Positions 22,405 through 32,303 are shown, counted from the first letter of the stretch. The stretch: 64,000 nt of DNA from an uncultured virus (IMG/VR IMGVR_UViG_3300023174_009220) (IMGVR_UViG_3300023174_009220); one strand, 5' to 3'. Notes: generated by a model not told the origin, from the sequence alone. A program made the numbers and translations.

Positions 22405-22992
22405 CTAATACTTAAATTGAATCTGAAAAAGATAGAAAGGAATATCACAATAATCACCAGTATTATTAAATCTGGTATTTTGCAAAAAAGAAAGACTTGT
22501 GACCCGAAATCCCATACTGGCATCATATCTCCACCCTCGAGTAAGAAAACTACACCTTATCTTGTCAAAAATGAAATTCTCAGAAATAAGATAATCAGTA
22601 ATTGTAAGAACAGAATTAGATATATCACTCCACCGAAAATCGTAATTTCCATGAATATTATATGGATCCCAATCAAATTTAAATATCCTTATAGAAATTA
22701 AATGGGTTTGTAAAGAATCTTCTAAAGAATGCCTTTCAATTTGGACTACAAAATCCCTATCTCTAAGTTCATAGACCATATCATTCAAAGTTTCTGTTAT
22801 TTCTTGAATATGGTCCAAATTTATGCTTTCAGTTTTATAATGACCTCCTCGTCTTTTTCTCTTACAATATTGTTTTTGTGAAAATCCTTTTGGATTACTA
22901 CAATCTATACCCCTTTTATAACTAACAGACCACCTCTTTTTTCCACCAGAACGTGGTTTATTATAGGATTCAAATGTCAATAAATGCATCAT
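22405..22992 (-). CDS. Modular hypothetical protein (CTS-like N-terminus, IDCSNPKGFSQKQYC module, paralogous C-terminal domain)
   Basis: MMHLLTFES; TATATA upstream. Confidence 0.7.
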   Translation of the reverse strand: MMHLLTFESYNKPRSGGKKRWSVSYKRGIDCSNPKGFSQKQYCKRKRRGGHYKTESINLDHIQEITETLNDMVYELRDRDFVVQIERHSLEDSLQTHLISIRIFKFDWDPYNIHGNYDFRWSDISNSVLTITDYLISENFIFDKIRCSFLTRGWRYDASMGFRVTSLSFLQNTRFNNTGDYCDIPFYLFQIQFKY

Positions 22993-23050
22993 ATCTTATA
23001 TATTAAAAAAAATTAAACTTTATAAACTGGTGTAGTATATAATAGATAAA

Positions 23051-23302
23051 ATGGAAAATTCAAATAGTAGTAGCGGACTTGGTGTTGTATCCATAGTTCA
23101 AATAATCTTTATTGTTCTTAAACTAACAGGGAATATTTCTTGGTCCTGGTGGTGGGTTCTATCACCGATTTGGATTCCAGCCGCTTTATTCTTTGCCGTT
23201 TTTTTACTTGTATTTATTGTCATCACTTTTTTGTTGCTTTTTGGATTCAAGTCAGAAGAATTAGTGGAGTATTTTGATAATTTTAAATCAAAAAATTTGT
23301 AA
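23051..23302 (+). CDS. Small phage membrane protein (WSWWWVLSPIW type)
   Basis: IIFIVLKLTGNISWSWWWVLSPIWIP hydrophobic motif. Confidence 0.8.
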   Translation: MENSNSSSGLGVVSIVQIIFIVLKLTGNISWSWWWVLSPIWIPAALFFAVFLLVFIVITFLLLFGFKSEELVEYFDNFKSKNL

Positions 23303-23326
23303 TATCTAAAAAATTGTTTATCTTTG
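23296..23326 (+). promoter_or_regulatory. Bacteroidetes sigmaA-type promoter (-33 TTTG / -7 TATCTTTG)
   Basis: TTTG at 23296-23299 and TATCTTTG at 23319-23326. Confidence 0.75.
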
Positions 23327-23331
23327 TCCTA

Positions 23332-23590
23332 AGGTATTTAAGTTATACCGAAACAAAAATAACAAATATCCCCCAATAAATCATTGACGGCAATCTTTGA
23401 TGAATAGGGGGCTAACTTTTGCCGAAGTTAGGGGATGATAAATCTGTTTGTCCCGCAGTAGGTGTCAGTATCAGTCATATCGATACGGCTGAATTAGAAG
23501 GTGTATGACATAGGTGGATGAAATGTGAATTCTGAAACCGAAAATGAACCGATGGGTGTTTGATTCACACAGACACAATCGGTTTTTTTT
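23332..23590 (+). ncRNA. Candidate structured ncRNA (~260 nt) with kissing loop and intrinsic terminator
   Basis: Own promoter; no ORF of 60 aa or more; elevated GC; stacked hairpins; loop CGGCAA complementary to loop TTGCCG; terminal AACCGAT...ATCGGTT hairpin plus T-run. Confidence 0.7.
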
Positions 23591-23592
23591 AT

Positions 23593-24324
23593 TTAGTTTT
23601 CTAATTCATTTAGTAAAACAAAGTGTATATTAATGCTCACTTCTCTTTTAGTATTCCACGGCATAGCAGAACCTTCGACTCTCCAAGAAATATCAAATGT
23701 TCCCCTTTGGTAATCTAAATTTCTAATAAGTTTGATTGCTGCATCTTCACCTAAATCAAGAAGTTGTTGCTCTTCAAAATTCAATTCCTTTGCATGTCTA
23801 AGTGTTGAAACCGTTGTATTCTTTACTCCGTCTTGGTCAAAATTACATCGGATGTGGTAATTTCCAGTCCAATTTGCCAAAATAGGTTTATAAAAAGAAA
23901 TTCTCAGTTCTTCATAGTCAATCCAATCATTTCCGGTTTTTTCGTTTGAGCCATCTAAGAAATGTCTGTCTACGTCATAAATTAGTAATTCTAAATCAAA
24001 ATCTTGGTCGGTGATTTCAAAGGTGCAATTTTTAATAATTTGCTGAATTTCACCGTTGAGCTTTGGGTCTCTTGAAACCGATTCAGTTAATTTAGTAATT
24101 TCACGAGTTGGGGCCAAATCTCTTAAATCAGTGACTTGTGATGGGTTTCCCTTTTTTCTTTTCTTTTTATCTAACATATAAAACGAGACATCACCACTTC
24201 CACTAAGAGTTGCTGTTCCAGGTGCCCCACCAACTGTGGCGTTTGCAACTGCTCCCATTCCTGCTGATGATGATGCTGAGGTGGTGGCGTTTTCTAAGAA
24301 ATCCTTAAAACGTTTTATCTTCAT
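23593..24324 (-). CDS. Hypothetical protein with CTS-like N-terminus
   Basis: MKIKRFKDFLEN; TATATA upstream. Confidence 0.7.
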   Translation of the reverse strand: MKIKRFKDFLENATTSASSSAGMGAVANATVGGAPGTATLSGSGDVSFYMLDKKKRKKGNPSQVTDLRDLAPTREITKLTESVSRDPKLNGEIQQIIKNCTFEITDQDFDLELLIYDVDRHFLDGSNEKTGNDWIDYEELRISFYKPILANWTGNYHIRCNFDQDGVKNTTVSTLRHAKELNFEEQQLLDLGEDAAIKLIRNLDYQRGTFDISWRVEGSAMPWNTKREVSINIHFVLLNELEN

Positions 24325-24401
24325 TTAGTATATATAAAATGTGTAAAATTTTTTTTGGTTTTAGTCCAAACTTTTCTTATATTTGAACAAAAAAAAAGAG
24401 T

Positions 24402-25118
24402 ATGCCAAACTGGTCCTATAATAGACTTAAAATTGAAGGTAGTCAAAAAGATATGAAACACTTTTTAGACCAATCACTCAAGCCAAATCCTAACGGTGAA
24501 AAAACTTTTAAATTTTCTAATTTGATTCCAGTGCCTGAAAAAATTCAAAGGACTATTTCTCCCGCTTCTTCGGCCCTTGGAAGGAAATGGGTAAATGAAC
24601 ACCAAGTCTCAAAAATTAGAGATGAAAAAATTGACTCCATTTTTAGTGATTCTGGAGTCGAAAATCAGTTAATTCCACTTGAAAATAACACGCCAGAAAA
24701 ATGCCAGGCTCTAATCAAAGAATTTGGGGCTGATAATTGGTATGATTGGAATTTACAAAATTGGGGAACAAAATGGGATATCGAAGTAGACGATTATTTT
24801 GTATCCGATACTGAGTTTGAATGCCAATTCGATACCGCCTGGTCTGCTCCAACAGAATTTTTACACCAACTCCAGAAGAAATTTCCAAATTTAGACCTTA
24901 GATTGACTTATCTTCTAGAAGGTAGTGAAGATTGTGGCGTTATTTATACCCATAGAACTCCAGAGGGGGCGCAAATTGTCGAACAGGGGGACCAAATTAG
25001 GTATCAATCTATTTGTGGCAAAGAAGTGGTCTTTGACTACGATAGTGGTGAATACCACTTCGTCGATTCTGGATTAGTTTGTGAAGACGTAATTGAAATA
25101 AATCCATTTGATGAATAA
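24402..25118 (+). CDS. DUF1281/YubB ferredoxin-like family phage protein
   Basis: MPNWSYN ... NWYDWNLQNWGTKWD ... FDTAWSAP; TATATTTG promoter at 24378. Confidence 0.75.
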   Translation: MPNWSYNRLKIEGSQKDMKHFLDQSLKPNPNGEKTFKFSNLIPVPEKIQRTISPASSALGRKWVNEHQVSKIRDEKIDSIFSDSGVENQLIPLENNTPEKCQALIKEFGADNWYDWNLQNWGTKWDIEVDDYFVSDTEFECQFDTAWSAPTEFLHQLQKKFPNLDLRLTYLLEGSEDCGVIYTHRTPEGAQIVEQGDQIRYQSICGKEVVFDYDSGEYHFVDSGLVCEDVIEINPFDE

Positions 25119-25332
25119 AATTGATCTACACGGTGTTAGGCACGCCCAAGTCCAAAGGACTTTGGATATTTTCTTTTGGGAAATGATAAATAAAAATGCC
25201 AGTCGTGTAGAGGTGATTACAGGATTGAGTCAGGTGATGAAAGAACTGGTTTATAAGGTTTCTAGTGACTATAAATTTAAAGTTTCTGAAAATCCCCTAA
25301 ACTCCGGTTCTGTTTTTATCGATTTAGAGTGA
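25108..25332 (+). CDS. Small Smr/MutS2-like domain protein
   Basis: IDLHGVRH ... VITG ... NSG. Confidence 0.7.
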   Translation: MMNKIDLHGVRHAQVQRTLDIFFWEMINKNASRVEVITGLSQVMKELVYKVSSDYKFKVSENPLNSGSVFIDLE

Positions 25333-25614
25333 CTATAAATACTTAGTTTTATCTCCCCATTGTCTAATGACAGGAACTTGCATATATCCTTCTTTTCCCC
25401 TCGACTCCAAGTCTAAATCTATCACCAGTTGGTTAAAGACTCCTAGTGGAGTCTCTCCCTGGTCAATTAGTGATTCTATATCTAAGTTAGAAATAAGTTC
25501 TCTTATATAAATTGTGGTTAAATTCCACTGACCAAGTAGTCTGGCTAATTCTTGACAAAATTCTTCTTTGCTCCAAAATGATTCAAAAAGTGGATATGAC
25601 TTTAGGTGTTTCAC
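25333..25614 (-). CDS. Hypothetical protein with CTS-like N-terminus
   Basis: GTG start MKHLKSYPLFES; TATATA upstream. Confidence 0.7.
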   Translation of the reverse strand: MKHLKSYPLFESFWSKEEFCQELARLLGQWNLTTIYIRELISNLDIESLIDQGETPLGVFNQLVIDLDLESRGKEGYMQVPVIRQWGDKTKYL

Positions 25615-25629
25615 AGGGTATATATTAAA

Positions 25630-25659
25630 AAAGGGGAGACTAAAATAAATCTCCCCTTT
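25630..25659 (-). terminator. Intrinsic terminator
   Basis: AAAGGGGAGA...TCTCCCCTTT inverted repeat after the 25667..25909 gene. Confidence 0.65.
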
Positions 25660-25666
25660 CTTTGTT

Positions 25667-25909
25667 TTAGAAGTTCTCTCTTTTTGTCATAATTTGACTA
25701 AAGTTTTCGATATTTTTTTCTACCGATTCCCATAAAAAGATGCAGAACCATAAGACCATTCCAAAAGGTGGAACAGCAAATGTGGCCCTAATTGACCTAG
25801 TCCAAAAGGGCTTTGAAAGCCAACCTCGTGAAATTAAATCAGTGATAGCATGGAGGTTTATAGTCCAGATAAGATAACCGACTAAGAGTAAGAAAAGTGA
25901 TTGTAACAT
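25667..25909 (-). CDS. Small membrane protein
   Basis: 80-aa ORF with two hydrophobic segments. Confidence 0.55.
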   Translation of the reverse strand: MLQSLFLLLVGYLIWTINLHAITDLISRGWLSKPFWTRSIRATFAVPPFGMVLWFCIFLWESVEKNIENFSQIMTKRENF

Positions 25910-26045
25910 AGTGTGATATTTTTTTTAATTCTTACGAAAATTAGTGGCACTGGTTGTCTAAAATACTAATAAGTTGTAGAATTTGTTGATAAAGGGCCTA
26001 AAATTTGCAGAAAAATTTAATATATAAAAAAAATAGTGTTAATGT

Positions 26046-27506
26046 ATGATAAAAAGATACTTAGAATTTATATCCGAATCTTTAGAAGCGATATTTGAGT
26101 CAAATGTAGTCTATTCAAAAAAATTCAAAAAAATAGTTTCTAAAATTGAACACCCGCTTTCAGATGTAATTTTATCAATTGAAAATAATGACCTCCCGGT
26201 AAGAAATAACTATTTAGATATCAATCTTAAAGAAAATGATAAATTAAATTTTATACCTGATAGAAAAGCCCAGGAAATCCTAGCCGATACACGTAAATAT
26301 GTTACATTTGTTGGAAGCGGTGCAGGCTGGTTAAAACACAAAGAAACTAACGATTCTATTTTTCAAAAATTGGGTTATAGCTATGAAGAATCAACAGCTC
26401 CGTATGATGCTCCACAAACTGAAATTGGTGAAGTGATTTCGGAAGTCACATCAGACACTTCAGGAAAAAAATATGCTTGGGTTAAATTTCCAAATGGACA
26501 AGGTGTCTACAATTGTGAAAAGTTAAGGCCAGTAGACCAGAAAGAAGCAACTCTTTGGCAAAGAGGTCGACAGGAAATTTCTGTTGGTCGAGGAATCAGA
26601 GCCCTCCTGACAACTGCTGGGGTAAAATTTAGCGATAAAGACTTAGAAGATTTTGTTAATTTATGGAAATCTCAAATTGATAAAGCAAATGACCGTTTTC
26701 AATACTTTGAAGTAGTCAGTGGTCAAGATATAGGGCACTGGTATTCAAGAGACAACTACTTTGAAAAACGCGGAAATTTAGGTTCTTCTTGTATGTCAGG
26801 AGTTGAAAAAAGATATTTTGATATTTATATGTCAAATCCCGAGGTGTGTAGTTTAGTAATTTATAAATCAGAACAAGATGAAACAAAAATTTTAGGAAGA
26901 GCACTGCTTTGGACACTTAGGGGTGGCAAAAAATTTATGGATAGAATCTATACTATAGTAGATTCTGATGTTCAACTTTTTAGAGATTGGGCAAAAGATA
27001 ATGACATTTTTGTAAAATATTACAACAGCTCAACTGATTCTGGTATTACAATTGATCCAAATACCGGAAGTCAAGTTGATTTAAGTCCTATGGTAGTAGA
27101 TATAAAATCTGGCCAGTATGATGGATATCCTTACTTAGATACCTTAAAATATTTCAGACCAGATAGGGGCACACTTTCAAATCAAAAATCTGCCGATAGT
27201 TATTCACTTGAATCAACTGATGGAGATTTATGGAGATGTGATTCGTGTCGCGGAGAAGGAACGGTTACTTGCGGTAATTGCGATGGTAATGGACATTGGG
27301 AATGTGACCGTTGCGGCGGATCGGGAGAGAGAGATTGTGACGAGTGTAGAGGCACGGGTAAAATTGATGGCGACGACGGATTAGAAGAATGCCCGTCTTG
27401 TGGCGGAGGGGGAACAGAGGAGTGTTCGCGATGTGGGGGATCCGGTAGAGAGGAATGTGATGATTGCTCAGGAAGTGGAGAACAAAGTTGCTACGACTGT
27501 CAGTAA
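26046..27506 (+). CDS. Hypothetical phage protein (SSCM/GRALLW/MDRIY core) fused to DnaJ-type CxxCxGxG zinc-finger repeats
   Basis: N-terminus MIKRYLEFISES; eight CxxC motifs at the C-terminus. Confidence 0.75.
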   Translation: MIKRYLEFISESLEAIFESNVVYSKKFKKIVSKIEHPLSDVILSIENNDLPVRNNYLDINLKENDKLNFIPDRKAQEILADTRKYVTFVGSGAGWLKHKETNDSIFQKLGYSYEESTAPYDAPQTEIGEVISEVTSDTSGKKYAWVKFPNGQGVYNCEKLRPVDQKEATLWQRGRQEISVGRGIRALLTTAGVKFSDKDLEDFVNLWKSQIDKANDRFQYFEVVSGQDIGHWYSRDNYFEKRGNLGSSCMSGVEKRYFDIYMSNPEVCSLVIYKSEQDETKILGRALLWTLRGGKKFMDRIYTIVDSDVQLFRDWAKDNDIFVKYYNSSTDSGITIDPNTGSQVDLSPMVVDIKSGQYDGYPYLDTLKYFRPDRGTLSNQKSADSYSLESTDGDLWRCDSCRGEGTVTCGNCDGNGHWECDRCGGSGERDCDECRGTGKIDGDDGLEECPSCGGGGTEECSRCGGSGREECDDCSGSGEQSCYDCQ

Positions 27507-27536
27507 AAAAAATATATATCAAAAAAATAAAAAATT

Positions 27537-28262
27537 ATGCTATTAAAAGTCGGAAGTCAAGGAGACGATGTAAAAAAACTACAAACAAAATTAGGGTTAA
27601 CAGTTGATGGTTCATTTGGTCCAAACACTGAGAAAAAAGTTAAAGAGTGGCAAACAGCAAATGGACTCCTATCAGATGGGGTTGTAGGTGACTCAACTTG
27701 GAATAAGATGTTTAGTGATGAAGTCAGCCACACCGAAGTGAGTGATAGTGGAGTGTTAAAATTATCTAAACTCCAGGGACAAGTTCCCGATAACGTGATT
27801 TCGCAAATTCCCGAAACAGCAAAAAAGTTTAATATCACTACAAATCTTAGACTTGCTCACTTTTTGTCACAGTGCGCCCACGAGAGTGGTGAATTTAAGT
27901 GGGTTGTTGAATTTGCCTCGGGAAAAGCATACGAAGGTCGAAAGGACTTAGGAAATACTGAACCAGGAGATGGTCCAAAATTCAAAGGTCGAGGTTATAT
28001 ACAACTTACCGGTAGGGCAAATTACCAAAAGTTTTCACAGTTTTGTGGCGAGGACTGTGTAAAAAATCCTGACTTAGTGTCTACAAAATATCCTATGATG
28101 TCAGCCGCTTACTTTTTTGATTCAAATAAACTTTGGGCAATTTGTGATAAGGGCTCTTCAGAAGCCGATGTTAAAGCTGTTACAAAAAGAGTTAACGGTG
28201 GATACAACGGACTTGAAGATAGGCAAAAGCATTTTACTAAATATTGGAATCTCCTTAGCTAA
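27537..28262 (+). CDS. Endolysin: peptidoglycan-binding domain plus GH19 (chitinase-like) domain
   Basis: LKVGSQGDDVKKLQ..DGSFGPNT; HFLSQCAHESG, FKGRGYIQLTGRANY, VTKRVNGG. Confidence 0.92.
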   Translation: MLLKVGSQGDDVKKLQTKLGLTVDGSFGPNTEKKVKEWQTANGLLSDGVVGDSTWNKMFSDEVSHTEVSDSGVLKLSKLQGQVPDNVISQIPETAKKFNITTNLRLAHFLSQCAHESGEFKWVVEFASGKAYEGRKDLGNTEPGDGPKFKGRGYIQLTGRANYQKFSQFCGEDCVKNPDLVSTKYPMMSAAYFFDSNKLWAICDKGSSEADVKAVTKRVNGGYNGLEDRQKHFTKYWNLLS

Positions 28263-28272
28263 TTGAAGGACT

Positions 28273-29211
28273 ATGGCGATGCAACAGAACTTACAGATGT
28301 TAGAATCTGACTTTCAGAAAAAAATCGATAGCGATATCAAAATTGAACCAAGAGACTGGATGCCAGATGACTATCGAAAAAGTTTAATCAGACAGATATC
28401 TCAACATGCCCACAGTGAATATGTTGGGATGTTACCAGAGGCCAATTGGATTACAAGGGCTCCAAGTTTAAGAAGAAAGTCTGTATTGTTAGCAAAAGTC
28501 CAAGATGAAGCCGGCCATGGACTTTATCTTTATTCGGCAGCTGAAACCTTAGGTGTCTCAAGAGAAGATTTAGTTTCAGACCTTGTTTTAGGAAAGTCAA
28601 AATACTCCTCTATTTTTAACTATCCAACACTTAGTTGGGCTGATATGGGAGCTATCGGTTGGTTAGTAGACGGGGCTGCTATTATGAATCAAGTTGCCTT
28701 ATGCAAAACCTCATACGGGCCGTATGCTAGGGCTATGGTAAAAATATGTAAAGAGGAATCATTTCACCAAAGACAGGGATATGAAATTATGACCAAGCTA
28801 ATGGCGGGCTCAAACGAACAAAAAGAAATGGCCCAAGATGCCGTAAATCGTTTTTGGCAACCGGCTTTAATGATGTTTGGTCCCCAAGATAGCGATTCAA
28901 AACACACAGAGCAATCTATAAAGTGGAAGATTAAAAGGTTTACAAATGACGAATTAAGAAGGCAATTTGTTGACTCAACAGTTCCGCAAGCAAAGTTGAT
29001 TGGATTAGAAATACCTGATGAAAAACTAAATTGGAATGAAAAAACCGGACACTTTGACTTTAGTCAACCCGACTGGGATGAATTCTGGCAGGTGTTGTCA
29101 GGAAACGGACCGTGTAATAAAGAACGCCTGGAGTCAAGAAAAAAATCAAAACTGGATGGTCAGTGGGTTGTAGATGCAGCTACCGCTTTTTCAAAGAAAA
29201 GGCGAGTTTAA
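28273..29211 (+). CDS. paaA: 1,2-phenylacetyl-CoA epoxidase subunit A
   Basis: [57 protein letters not shown]; diiron ExxH motifs intact. Confidence 0.95.
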   Translation: MAMQQNLQMLESDFQKKIDSDIKIEPRDWMPDDYRKSLIRQISQHAHSEYVGMLPEANWITRAPSLRRKSVLLAKVQDEAGHGLYLYSAAETLGVSREDLVSDLVLGKSKYSSIFNYPTLSWADMGAIGWLVDGAAIMNQVALCKTSYGPYARAMVKICKEESFHQRQGYEIMTKLMAGSNEQKEMAQDAVNRFWQPALMMFGPQDSDSKHTEQSIKWKIKRFTNDELRRQFVDSTVPQAKLIGLEIPDEKLNWNEKTGHFDFSQPDWDEFWQVLSGNGPCNKERLESRKKSKLDGQWVVDAATAFSKKRRV

Positions 29212-29242
29212 TTTTTAGACAGTAGATTTAATATATATTTTT

Positions 29243-29857
29243 ATGAAAAGGATTAAAAATTGGTCTGTTTTTGAGTCAGTGAATTCAGATGATTTTAAAA
29301 AAATCTGGGAAATTTTACAAAGAGACTGCAGTAAGTTTTTAGAGTTACTATCTCAACGCGGAGTTAAAGGTATTTATAGGGGTAAACTGATTCAACAGGA
29401 TCCAATCTTACCAGGGCTTTGGAAATTCGAATCTAATCTAAAAAGAAAACCAAAAGACACAAGTAAAAAAATGCACGACTTAATTGATGGGGAGTTAGAA
29501 TATAAGTTTGGTATACCACTTAGGAGCAGGGGAGTTTTTGCAACTAAATATCTATCGATTGCTTCTGATTATCCTGGAGAAGCTTATTTGTTTTTTCCAA
29601 TTGGGGAATTTAGATATTTTTGGAATCCCTATATAGATGACCTTTTTACTGAATTAAGAGACAACACGACTTGGTATTATAAAGATCCCTACTTCTGGAC
29701 TGAAGATGAACAATTAGATTTTGACGAGATAATTTCGGGATATAAAGAGGGCGGAATAGAGTTTATTAGACTTCAAGAAATAACATTTATTTGTCAAAGC
29801 TATTATCTAATTGATGTCGAATATTACGACTATTGGCTTGATTATATGAACTTCTAA
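29243..29857 (+). CDS. Hypothetical protein with CTS-like N-terminus
   Basis: MKRIKNWSVFES; IYRG..RSRGVFAT..YLFFPIG; TAATATATA upstream. Confidence 0.7.
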   Translation: MKRIKNWSVFESVNSDDFKKIWEILQRDCSKFLELLSQRGVKGIYRGKLIQQDPILPGLWKFESNLKRKPKDTSKKMHDLIDGELEYKFGIPLRSRGVFATKYLSIASDYPGEAYLFFPIGEFRYFWNPYIDDLFTELRDNTTWYYKDPYFWTEDEQLDFDEIISGYKEGGIEFIRLQEITFICQSYYLIDVEYYDYWLDYMNF

Positions 29858-30231
29858 ACCAATTTGTCAAGATTGTTATTTCTTCTATATATCTTTTTAG
29901 AACGTTCTATTCTCCTGGACTCATCATCTCCAAATGTCTGTGATAAAAAAAGTAAGCCACCGTCTTCTAATTTTGATTTTATACAACTATCACAGATTGC
30001 TAATAGAAACCTATCACCGTCATGAATTGAACCATATGGGGCAGTTATTTTTTGAATGACTCCTCCTGTAATTAGTAAAAATCCCTCATCTATTTTGACC
30101 GATCTATCTCTTTGTAATAGGTGTTCTTCTGTGAAAGGTCCGTTATAGATTATGTCTTCTTCTGTAGATGGCCCCTCAATTTGATAACTCTCTATTTTAA
30201 TGTTATTTTCACTACAACAAATGCACCTCAT
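29854..30231 (-). CDS. Hypothetical Zn-binding protein (CxxC pairs) with C-terminal RNxxLxxL motif
   Basis: CICC...ICDSC; ends RRNNNLDKLV. Confidence 0.65.
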   Translation of the reverse strand: MRCICCSENNIKIESYQIEGPSTEEDIIYNGPFTEEHLLQRDRSVKIDEGFLLITGGVIQKITAPYGSIHDGDRFLLAICDSCIKSKLEDGGLLFLSQTFGDDESRRIERSKKIYRRNNNLDKLV

Positions 30232-30895
30232 TTTTTTGATTAATTTTTTGATTTATGGTATTTATAAAATTATCTAAAATATCCTTTCTCAACTTACCAA
30301 ATTCTGATTCTAATTCTAAAAAAGTGGATTGCTTATATGAATTAGGACCGGGTAAATCAGAATAATCGCACCAATCACCATCAACTCTCGTCAACTTATC
30401 CCAAATAAAATTTGCAGATGTAAAATCAATTTGACCAGTATTTATCAACTGAGTTGAGAAAAGGGGAATTCTAAGCGAATGAAATAAAGATTTTATCCCG
30501 GTGTGATAATCTCCTATTTCTAATTTCTTTTTTGACTTTACCCAACTACTAGAACTAACATGAGAAGTTGCATGTCTTAACTTTTTGATATCCGGAGTAA
30601 AATTAAATTTTATATTCTCTTGGAGTTTAGACCAACTCGGTGCAAAAAGGCACTCAATATTTTTTGGTGTATGCCAATCTAAGTCTTGTTGGAATTTTTT
30701 AGGAGTGTAAATATGAATGTCAAAGTCACCAGATTTGATTTCAATTGCTTCTACCGAGTTATTTGCAACAACAATGATGTCCCAATCAGAATCATCAAAA
30801 TGCGTTTCATAGACGCGAGATCCAAAGACATAAATGTTATGAACCCTGGACTTGTGAAGACCAGATGCCGCTATTATATTATCAATTGTTATCAT
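30212..30895 (-). CDS. Pol-beta-superfamily nucleotidyltransferase
   Basis: YVFGSRVYETHFDDSDWDIIVV (GS...DxD); KSLFHSLRI. Confidence 0.8.
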   Translation of the reverse strand: MITIDNIIAASGLHKSRVHNIYVFGSRVYETHFDDSDWDIIVVANNSVEAIEIKSGDFDIHIYTPKKFQQDLDWHTPKNIECLFAPSWSKLQENIKFNFTPDIKKLRHATSHVSSSSWVKSKKKLEIGDYHTGIKSLFHSLRIPLFSTQLINTGQIDFTSANFIWDKLTRVDGDWCDYSDLPGPNSYKQSTFLELESEFGKLRKDILDNFINTINQKINQKNEVHLL

Positions 30896-31425
30896 TCGGT
30901 TAGTCCTAAATCATTCAACTTACTATTTCTTTTAAATTCAACAATAAGGGATTGTAAATTGTAAGTTCCATTTTCAAGATCTCTTTCTAAAATATGTTTT
31001 GGTTTAATTACCATTGTGTCAGTTCTGTCGTAAATTGACAGATTTATTTCTCTATCCACTCGTTTCGTATTTGATTTAAGTTCACATAATTCAAAAGTCA
31101 TGATTCTTAATTTAGTTATTTTTTTAGATGATTTATAACTTTGTGTTGATTTGATATCTTTGTAATTTAATTTCTTAAAACTGACCTCAACTAGTAAATC
31201 AAATTTTTTAGAATTTTCTCGAAATGATACAATTCTATCTTTTTTCCAGGAAACTGATTCCATAATAGTCTCTGATTGATAAGTGATTACCTCACCTTCG
31301 TTAATTATCTCAAAGTCTTCTAAGCTAATAAAATCTTCATCTGTTGTCATACTAAAAAACTCCTTATTTGAGTTAATAAAGATTAAAGATTTTTTATCCT
31401 TAAATATATTTAATTTTATTTTCAT
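30892..31425 (-). CDS. Hypothetical protein with C-terminal RNxKLxxLG motif
   Basis: Ends KRNSKLNDLGLTE; TATATTTG promoter upstream (~31487-31494, minus strand). Confidence 0.65.
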   Translation of the reverse strand: MKIKLNIFKDKKSLIFINSNKEFFSMTTDEDFISLEDFEIINEGEVITYQSETIMESVSWKKDRIVSFRENSKKFDLLVEVSFKKLNYKDIKSTQSYKSSKKITKLRIMTFELCELKSNTKRVDREINLSIYDRTDTMVIKPKHILERDLENGTYNLQSLIVEFKRNSKLNDLGLTE

Positions 31426-31565
31426 TTTAATTTTTCAATAACTGGATAAAAAACTTTTTTCAATAAAAACAGCCAATTAATAATACAAATATAAAAATAT
31501 AATTTAGATTTTTCAAATTAAACTTTTTTATTAATTTTATATACTAAATCTATAAACTATTAATT

Positions 31566-32294
31566 ATGGATTACACAAAAGACTTTAAAAAATTTGCACT
31601 GAGTGAGGGTTTATCATCAATGGACCTGCACTACCACCAACAACAAATTGAGGCGTCTATGACACCTTATATTCTTGAGGAAAGAGAGATGAGAGTTACA
31701 CAAATGGACATCTTTTCACGATTGATGCGTGATAGAATTCTTTGGATATCAGGAGTTGTGGATCAGAGAATGTGTGATGTGACACAAGCACAACTTATGT
31801 ATTTGGACTCGGTTGAAAAGAGAGATATCACACTTCATATAAATTCACCAGGTGGTTCCGTTTTACATGGTTTAGGTATTATTGATGTGATGAATTATAT
31901 CAACTCGGATATTCAAACTATTAATACCGGAATGGCGGCATCTATGGGTTCTGTTCTTCTTTCATCGGGAACAAAAGGAAAACGATCTTCACTTCTACAT
32001 TCCAGAGTAATGACACACCAAGTCAGTCACGGAATGCAGGGAAACATTCAAGATACAACTATCTCACACTTAGAAGGACACAAATACAACTATATTCTTT
32101 TTAAGATTTTAGCTGATAATTGTGGAAAAACTTTTGATCAAATGATTGAATCTTCCAGAAGAGATAAATGGTTTAACTCACATGAAGCTTTAGAATTCGG
32201 ACTCATTGATGAGGTTATCGGTGAAAGTTCAATGAAAAATCTACTAGAGGGTTTTGATATATACTATAATAAGGAAGTTCTTGCAGAAAAATAA
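31566..32294 (+). CDS. clpP: ATP-dependent Clp protease proteolytic subunit
   Basis: MDIFSRLMRDRI, INSPGGSV, GMAASMG (Ser), MTHQ (His), RRDKW (Asp). Confidence 0.95.
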   Translation: MDYTKDFKKFALSEGLSSMDLHYHQQQIEASMTPYILEEREMRVTQMDIFSRLMRDRILWISGVVDQRMCDVTQAQLMYLDSVEKRDITLHINSPGGSVLHGLGIIDVMNYINSDIQTINTGMAASMGSVLLSSGTKGKRSSLLHSRVMTHQVSHGMQGNIQDTTISHLEGHKYNYILFKILADNCGKTFDQMIESSRRDKWFNSHEALEFGLIDEVIGESSMKNLLEGFDIYYNKEVLAEK

Positions 32295-32303
32295 TACGAC
32301 GCT

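Noticed and set aside
22339..22701. 120-aa plus-strand ORF
   Set aside because: Antisense to the better-supported 22405..22992 gene, which has a promoter and a CTS-like start
23332..23590. Lysine riboswitch or SRP Alu domain (because of the kissing loop and GCCGAA)
   Set aside because: Lacks the AGAGG-GC start of the lysine aptamer and the SRP helix-8 motif; no downstream same-strand gene to regulate
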